From Antedon mediterranea (taxonomy: Eukaryota > Animalia > Echinodermata): a stretch of 64,000 nt of DNA. Shown piece after piece: positions 55,831 through 64,000 of this stretch (its first letter is position 1; each line of letters begins with the position of its first letter). Where the stretch lies: positions 4,356,422 to 4,420,421 of the forward strand of contig NC_092678.1 in the NCBI RefSeq assembly GCF_964355755.1. The letters run 5' to 3'. Under the pieces are notes generated by a model. The model ran no database searches. It was not told the origin of the DNA and worked only from the letters and a program-made list of their open reading frames with translations. The translations under genes and the position numbers were made by a program.

Positions 55831-57727
55831 TATATAGGTCTTATTTTAAAAAGCACTCATTAAAGAATAAAGTGACGCTTCAAATCAATATTAACCTTTA
55901 TCAACTAATGCAACAAGATGAATATAGATTCATTAAACTTTTTCGTTACTTTCTAAGGCAGAGAAAAAACTATAAAGATTGTTAAAGTGGAAATCAACTC
56001 ATAACTGGAAATCAACTGTTAAAAAAATATTTTTTCACTGATCTCCTTCAACGTAATATTTAAATTTACTATATAGTTCAAGTACAAATGTACATATTAT
56101 TACATATGTACTTTTTATTGACTGTATTCACTGTACTTTTTTTGTATTTTTATTATGGAAAGTGAATTGAAGTTATTTGCATAATTGATTTTCTTGTATT
56201 CATTTTTTAATTGAATGCCACAGTCTTTAGCTCCTTGGTCACAGGGAGCTATTAGATACCTTTTACCCATTAAATGTAGAACTAATGTTATTACACATAA
56301 AATGCAGTTGCAGAGAATTAGTGTGGGAGGGGGTGGCTGATGATTGTTTGTGGGTGTGTCTGTTGTATGACCCAGCCTACTTATCCTACTCCGACCATTA
56401 AAAATAATCAATAATAAAAGAATTTAATTGTTTTAATAAGAATAATAGTATGTTATGCACTTTCATTTGAACATGATAGCTGGTAAATATTATTAATTTT
56501 AAATTTATTATTTATTATTTATTTTTCTTGAATGTTTTAATCCAGTTATTTTTTATTATTTAATGATTACTAATGCAAATATGGTATAATATATTTTTTT
56601 TATTGTATTGTGTATAACTTCGGCTATTTGTTGTTTTTTTTTTCAATTTTTCCTTCAAAAATATGCATTTTAAAATATTCTATAATTTATATTCGTATCT
56701 TCATATCAAATTTAATAGCTATATTGTTGAGATAGCAGAGTCAAGGTTAAACCTCTTATGACGTTTCTATCCCCAAATGATTATTTCTTGTATTACATAA
56801 TATTATTATTTTACATCTAGATTTGTAGATTTCATGACAAGATGAGTTTTTTATGCATTTATTTAATTTATTCAGAACAACAAGGCACAAAAAAGGAAGC
56901 AAAAAAGGAAATGTGTTTTTTTATTAATTCATTGTTAATGTTTACTCCCTGGAAAAACTCCATCCTCTACAAGTCTGAAACATTTCCAATCTTGGCCGAA
57001 CATTCAAATTTAGTTGAAAATTACTCAGATATTCTATATAATTATGTTAATCCAGAGTGACGGCAGATGAATCTGAAGTGAGATCGGGTGGATCCCATGG
57101 ATACTATAGAGGGTTAAGAAATAAGTTTATTTTTCCATGGTATACGCATTTAAAGAATGGGAATTGGATAACCGAATAGTAACAAAAGAAAAAACAACAG
57201 CAATAATGTTATTCGAAATCAATAAGTATATAGAGTTGAATATTCAATAGGTTTTCAAACATTGCTGGCAGCAACATTATCATAACATGAAGGGGCCCTG
57301 GTAATTGGTAGAGCATAGGAGGAGATAGGGGATACTAATACAGTATGTATGAAGAATCTCCAGGATCTGTAAGGGATATTAACAAGTGGTCTGATGCTGC
57401 CCGTACCACCCACGTGAAAATTAATATTGAAAATTTTGTTTTCCATACAACATATTTTATTAGTTTGTTTTGTCTAGACCTAAAAAATAATAATTTCATA
57501 CTAAATATTATTGTGTTAATACCGTCCAATGTAAATGTCAATAATTGAGCAACATGATATTTTTCCCTAGTATGTTTTTGTGTCAAGATTATTGTATTCT
57601 TGTTCGATTCATTTGATAAACATTCACCCTTGCCCTAAACAGTGTTTTGTTGATTAGTATTGTGTGGCTCGCCAATCAAGAAAATCAATTCTTTACACTT
57701 GAATAACGATCTTATACCAAATTATTA

Positions 57728-57978
57728 TTCAATGGAAATATTATATTTGTTTTTAAATAACACCTAAATAAATTCCTGTCATTTGATTGGACTATTATGG
57801 GTCACGTGGAATGCTATAGTACGCACTATTTAATGATCATTCAATGAAAATATAATATTTGTTTTTATATAACACCTAAATAAATTCCTATCAGTTGATT
57901 GGAGGATTGTGGGTCACATGGCGTGCAATAGTATGCACTATTAAACTATTGTTCAATGGAAATATAATATTTGTTTAT
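57728..57978. repeat. About 113-bp diverged tandem repeat, about 2.2 copies
   Basis: TTCAATG(G/A)AAATAT.ATATTTGTTT...AACACCTAAATAAATTCCT...TGATTGGA...GGGTCAC(G/A)TGG repeated. Confidence 0.85.
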
Positions 57979-60900
57979 ATCTTATTGGTATTCTTTTGAC
58001 CGTGGATATCTGAATATGTTTTGATAATTGAGGCCAACAGAAATTTATTCTAAAAATAAAGGACAGTGACTGTTATTCTTATAACAGGACAATGACATTA
58101 TCGAAATCTGAAAAGGTAAATGTATGTAAATGTACACAGAATTATTCGTTCTCAGTCAAAGAAATTCAAAATCATATTTTAATGATCCAATTAAATTAGC
58201 AAGTACCAGTACAGTCTAGCTTTACGAATCCATTTATCATTTTATACAATGTATAATTTTGTAATAAGACAAATAAAGGTATTTATAGCAGTTTAGGCTT
58301 GTTTTCCTCGTCCTGTTGCTGTTTTAATGGTGCAAACATTACTATTAACTTGTGAGCTATTAGTATAAAGAAACAGTAAAATCATTTATATATATATATA
58401 TATGCAAATCAATTGTGTTGCGTAGCACTTTGTAAATTATATGTATGTCTATGTTTGTATACGTATATATAATGGTACCAAATCAGAGATAATATCTAGT
58501 ACCTTGAAGTACAAACTTTGCAGCATTTTTGCCGCTGCACCTTTCCTTTAATATAGTATATGTCTCTTGTCAATAAGAGACCTTTTGCTAAAAAAATGCA
58601 TTATAACTATTCAGATAATTATAACTAAACGTGTAGTAGTAGTGTAGTAATCTAGATCATTCATTCTAATAAGTCGGTCGGTGCAGTGCTGTTCTGACCA
58701 ATAACAGTCCATGGGGCTAGAGCCTGAACAAACATGCTGAAATTAAATCTCAATTTGCATGTTGGATCATATCCAGGCATTATGGTATTGTTACTTGTCA
58801 AATATTATATTAAAATAATGATAACAATAAAATATGATTTGATATTTGTTTTTAAAATGCTAAAAATGCTAAATTTATATTATATTTCAGAGTTGCAGAA
58901 GCTGCCTCAGACTTTGGTAATGAAATGTATGACCTGAGTATAAAATTTAGTGGTAGAGACTTTTTAAAACAAGTGAGTATTCTTTTTTTTAAATTCTTTA
59001 CAATGTCAATTATATTTTGATTTTAGTTTAGCACTTTAGCAAGGCTGATGTGGAACCATATAATGGGTTATATCATTTTGAAACTTAGTGGTTCTAGTAT
59101 AACAATTAGGATGCGATATTTATAATCCAACTTCAAAAATACTACCATTTTGATGTTTTTCCACCCCATGCATATTTTTAAGAACTGAATACTTTGATTA
59201 AATCATCATGTTCATAAATATTAATACTGTAAGTTCATTGCATAAGTGATTATATTGTATTACTAAAGAGTTGGACATCAAATTGCACATTTTTGTTGTT
59301 TTGACTTTAGTTGGTTCCTGATATGTACAATATCCCTGTGCAAAAAAAAAAAGAAAAATAACATGTATACACATTTTTTATAGAAAAAAATATCAAATAT
59401 TTTCCAACGTATTGTATAATTTTTGTAATTTTGATGAGGATGTTTTGTTGATGATTGGGTAATGATTGCTCACAACTTATCTTATCTATAAAAAATATTT
59501 ATAAAGGAGCATTTTGAACCCAAAATATATATAAAATAGAATTGTTTACAAATTTTCTTTGGCACTTCTATGTTCAATTAGCTTCTCTCAATCCTATGGC
59601 TTTAACCAATTACTATTTTAGTAGAATATGTTTAAAAATAAACAGAATATTTGTTTATTGATCCTTTATCAATTTGCATATTTTTGTATTCATTTTTGTA
59701 ATGTAGATATTGATTATTATGCATTTATATGCCTGACCTAATTTGAACTATATACTATCCTCAGCAACTTCAATGAAAGGTAATTTATATAACTAAATTG
59801 GATTGATTTTTTTTATGATTTCAACAAAAATACTGGTTCTTTTGGTTGCAATGTTGTAAATATATAAATTGAAAAATCTGGCTTATTTTTTTCTGTAATT
59901 TAATTAGTCCTGCGACGTAAGTTGTTTAGAAATTCAGTATCAATTTATTAAAAAAAGTATGAATGAAGAATAATTTAAACAAATATGAAACAGAAGCCGT
60001 AAGACCATAAACATAAGATCAAACAATATTTTTCTTGCAATATGGTTAATCCCTTTGGTTAATCCCTTTTAATAATTTAATCCTAATTCCATTGTATTCA
60101 ATCTACTGTATAAAGTACAGGTAAGGAAATGATTACTATAGTGTTTAACATTATGACCCAACACGTTTTACACTATGATCATATATTTTATCCATTTTCA
60201 AGGTAAAATATGCTTAAAAGTAAAGTAATATATATATCAATTTCATTTCATTTCCCAACAAATTTCATTCATATCAACAAACGTAGAAACAGATATATAA
60301 ATATATAAATTGGCAGCAGATTCTGAACCACCCATAGTGATTAATTAATGTGGAATGATAAAGATGAGGAAATATGTGAAAATGAGAAAAAGCCACCCCA
60401 ACCGACATTTGAAATATATAGATATTTTAATCTAGTTGCATTCGATAGATTTTGTAAAGGTTTCACCAAACGGGCATGGAAAACTTGAGAATGAAAATCA
60501 ACAATGAAAATGATTAGTTTTTTAAATCCTGTATTTCTTTTGTTAATGTTATTTTTTATATCTTGTACACAATTTAGTTTATTGTCTTGTAATTTTTTTT
60601 CTCGAACTTTTATTTTACTTACTCTGGACGCACCTTCATTCAAGAAATGTGCCACTGTTTCAAAAGTGTAGCTTCCAAATAAATTATTATACAACCAAAT
60701 CTAAGACAAACATTCACAGTCATTTTACCTATTTTGTTGTTTTGTATTTTAATATATATTATAGATGCTTATTCATATTGCGTGCTCATACGTGCCTGTC
60801 ACCCATCATTAACTTTTCCATATATGGCAATAATATTATAAGCGACTCCAAATTGTCTCTATTTAGTTGTTTAGGTCATCAAGATTGTGTCATCAAATTA

Positions 60901-62039
60901 AGCTAACAAATTAAGGTATGATGATGAACAATCTGTAATTTATTCTCAAGTATACTTTTATACTTTACAAACACCTTTTCCGATAATCAGACAAACCGCA
61001 AAAAAAGCAGTTAAGTGCTTCAACAATTAGAACAGCTTAAATTTTGTTGCTGATAAGTAGACCTATATAGTTTCTTCCAGAATTCACACTGTCCTGGTAG
61101 AATCATAAGTATAATGATGATACTAAAGTTACGCCGCTACACACCTAAATCATTAAAAGTATTAAAAACAGTGCTAATTTTAAAACAAGTCATTTTCATA
61201 TCCAATTTGGTATAAATCAAGTTTTTTTTTATAAAAAATATTTCCGGATATGCAAAACATAAATACAATTCAACCGTCATTATGTAATGTATATTATGAA
61301 TTGCCCAGAAACATAAGGTGTGTAAATGCCATTTCTCTACAATATTTTATCAACAGGATTTCTTTCAAATAATTTAAGAAAAAACTATTCTAAATACTGT
61401 ACTTTATCTTGTTACCATTTATGTCATTGATTTTATTTTGTTTATATATTTCAGGAAAAAAAATGAAATAACTGTTCCAAAAGAAAATATTATTATTGAG
61501 ACATGTGTTGTCAATAATTGAAGCTATTGTCCTTCTTTCTATTTTTAGAATATTTCATTTTAATTAGGGAAAGGCAAGGGAGAAAATAATTATCAATAAA
61601 ATAGGAAATATAGGACAGACTGAAATAAAGAATAAACATCTGGCTATGTGATGTCCCCATTATTAACTGTTTGTTCTCAAAATGATGATCAGTTTCTGAG
61701 ATATAGTCTATTAATATCAATATTTGTTTTAATTTTAATTAGTGAGAAAAAAATAATGAATAATTAATGAATACATACTTAATCTTTAAACTAAACTCTA
61801 CTCTTTGAACTATATCTAGCCAGTTGATCCCTATGATAATGCTGATATTGCTGATATTAAAGAAGCCATTGACGTTTGTTGTATTTTAATTATAGAAAAT
61901 CTAAGGAGAAAATAATTAATAATGATCATCGACCTAGTTGAATATAGAGCCAAGAAATTGGGTCAGTAAATAAACACATCTATTTTATTTAATAACAAGT
62001 TGATTAATATTTAGAAAAGAAAACAATGAAAATTAAACA

Positions 62040-62413
62040 TTTAAAGAGAAGTAGACTAATTATTTTTCTTCAACCTGCATACTTAATTTGGCCCTGCATA
62101 AACAAAGTTAATTTTCTTTGCTTTTATAAATTAAATTAAAACAAAAGGGAAATGTTAAAAAAATTAAACAATATATTCAGTCTCTGTGTATTAATGTATT
62201 CACAAAAACATAATATAATATATACTTTAAAGAGAAGTAGACTAATTATTTTTCTTCAATCTGCATACTTAATTTGGCCCTGCATAAACAAAGTTAATTT
62301 TCTTTGCTTTTTATAAATTAAATTAATACAAAAGGGAAATGTTAAAAAAATTAAACAATATATTCAGCAGTCTCTGTGTATTAATGTATTCACAAAACAT
62401 AATATAATATATA
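62040..62413. repeat. Recent tandem duplication of about 186 bp
   Basis: TTAAAGAGAAGTAGACTAATTATTTTT... starts at 62041 and again at 62227, nearly identical. Confidence 0.95.
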
Positions 62414-62934
62414 GTATAAAATATATTAATCTCAAAGTCTAGGCCTGATGAATCTAGTTCACAAAGTTTACCAAAACACATTTTTGCAAGGTGCTTGTAA
62501 TGTATTTTGATTAATATAAAGATTGAGACATTAATATTATTATATATATATATATATATTTAACACTTGAGTTTAATTAAAAGATGTAGTGAATTATAGA
62601 TAAACTATTTGTATCAAAGGATATTAGAACTTGTCAATGTTTGTACAAACGTGACCGGAATATGAATGATGTAAAGGAGTCATAAACTTCGGAGTAATTC
62701 AGGTCAAACTTACTATTAAATAAATATATGGTTCAATTTTTTATTGCATTATTACTTTTATAATTCTAATTTTATTTGAATAAGTAGACAATGTGATTTG
62801 TGACAGATTAATATTAAAGCTAATTTGCATAAAGTTCGAAATGGTCTCAATAGAGGACTTTAAAGATACAAGATATGACCTATCCCTTCTATGTATCACC
62901 CATCATTCTTTGTTTTTTTATATTTTAAATTGCA

Positions 62935-63098
62935 AAAGCTCTGTCTAGACTATCAAATTTTGTGTGACAAAAAAATGTAATGTGCCCATATATAGATACG
63001 ATGATGTCATCACTACCATATTTGAGCATATCATTACCATATTTGGGCACATCACACTTTTTTTGTCCAACTAGATTGATAGTGTAGACAGAGCTTTA
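62935..63098. mobile_element. MITE family A copy, full length
   Basis: AGCTCTGTCTAGACTATCAAA...TTGATAGTGTAGACAGAGCT-TTA with two internal CCATATTTG units. Confidence 0.9.
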
Positions 63099-63789
63099 AA
63101 TTTAAAATAAATAAAGGCAATTTATGAAAAGTTATCTAGATTCAACATAGTAGTTCAACATGGATAAATTGTATTTTCTAAATTAGAATTACATCAACTT
63201 TATGGTCTATTGGTTACGGAGACATATTGCTAATAAAAATAAACTGCTTTTTAATTTAGAAAAGAGAAGTTTATAGAGATTGAACTATTTTGATGTAAAT
63301 AACAGTTATACCATGTTAATTTAGAGAATACAGTAATGTGTTGCAGTATGTTGTACAGATATATATTGTATGACACCCTAAATGATTTCTTTTACCAGGT
63401 CTTTAAGACTAGTATCATGTGACCTATTAATGTTGCATTTTGTCTAGAATTAGTCTTCTTAGAGGGGTTCTGCTACAACAGATCACAATAATTAGTTATG
63501 TATTTAGAAGGTAATTAACGAAAGGGACAGTGTACTTTATGAATATAAAGTGACAGAGGTTCACTGTTACCAGCTAATTAAGTTTACAGATTATGATTAT
63601 AAAATAGATACCACCTGCTCTAGCATGTACCTCCTCTACATATGTCACCTGTATAAACTATGTTGAATCTTAACACTTGCAATGTTTTGTTAAAGGGTAC
63701 ACACTCGTACATAGTAGTTTTAAGCTTAATTAGGATTCTGAATGATCATCTATTGTGTGCGTACATCAACTCCTGGTGTGCAGATCATG

Positions 63790-63852
63790 TTAGGCGCTGC
63801 ACTGTGGCTGCCATAGGTCTGCAAAGGGCCTCAATCTGAATTCATAGTTAAA
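63790..63852 (-). CDS. Possible terminal coding exon of a minus-strand gene extending beyond the window
   Basis: GC-rich island. After TGTCCTCAG it reads FNYEFRLRPFADLWQPQCSA-stop. An alternative acceptor gives IEALCRPMAATVQRLT-stop. No family recognised. Confidence 0.25.
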   Translation of the reverse strand, partial: FNYEFRLRPFADLWQPQCSA

Positions 63853-64000
63853 CTGAGGACAATTGATATTTAGTAATATATTTTAATAAGATGGTTGAAT
63901 TTACTCTAAAGATAATCACAGCACCCATCTTAAGCCTCTTTACACTCATCCTTGTTACCACCTTCTCTAAGTTGTGCAAGATATGTAGAGGCAAGCGTAT

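Noticed and set aside
60240-60710. Possible reverse CR1/L2 LINE 3' remnant (similar (TTTA/TTTCA)n-headed patches at about 1755, 10870 and 52600)
   Set aside because: Plausible but too degraded to classify without a repeat library.

Overview
AT-rich, intron-rich eukaryotic (animal) DNA, not prokaryotic. A Deu/Nin-domain SINE and the gene structures suggest an invertebrate, possibly an echinoderm (inference). Five genes were reconstructed by reading splice sites by eye: a small acidic secreted protein (3314-3784, +), an uncharacterised multi-exon gene (5397-6943, -, 5' end unresolved), a 5-exon PH-domain protein (13582-15828, +), a 12-exon PRMT6-like arginine methyltransferase (18316-22488, +) and a 22-exon CAPS/CADPS (UNC-31) gene (23339-48448, +). 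The rest holds many non-autonomous transposons (several PIF/Harbinger-type MITE families, two Helentron/HINE-like elements, an 8-bp-TSD poly-G-ended element, a tRNA-derived SINE nested in a MITE, LINE remnants) and minisatellites. The most notable observations are two in-frame 24-nt candidate neural microexons in CADPS, tandem repeats that amplify exon/intron junctions (about 10 copies of a splice donor in the PH gene), a duplicated promoter/first-exon-like module before PRMT6, RFX/Fox motifs next to the unknown gene, and strong TAGGCCTA enrichment. No CRISPR array or clearly new multi-gene system is supported. Most short ORFs in the track are spurious.
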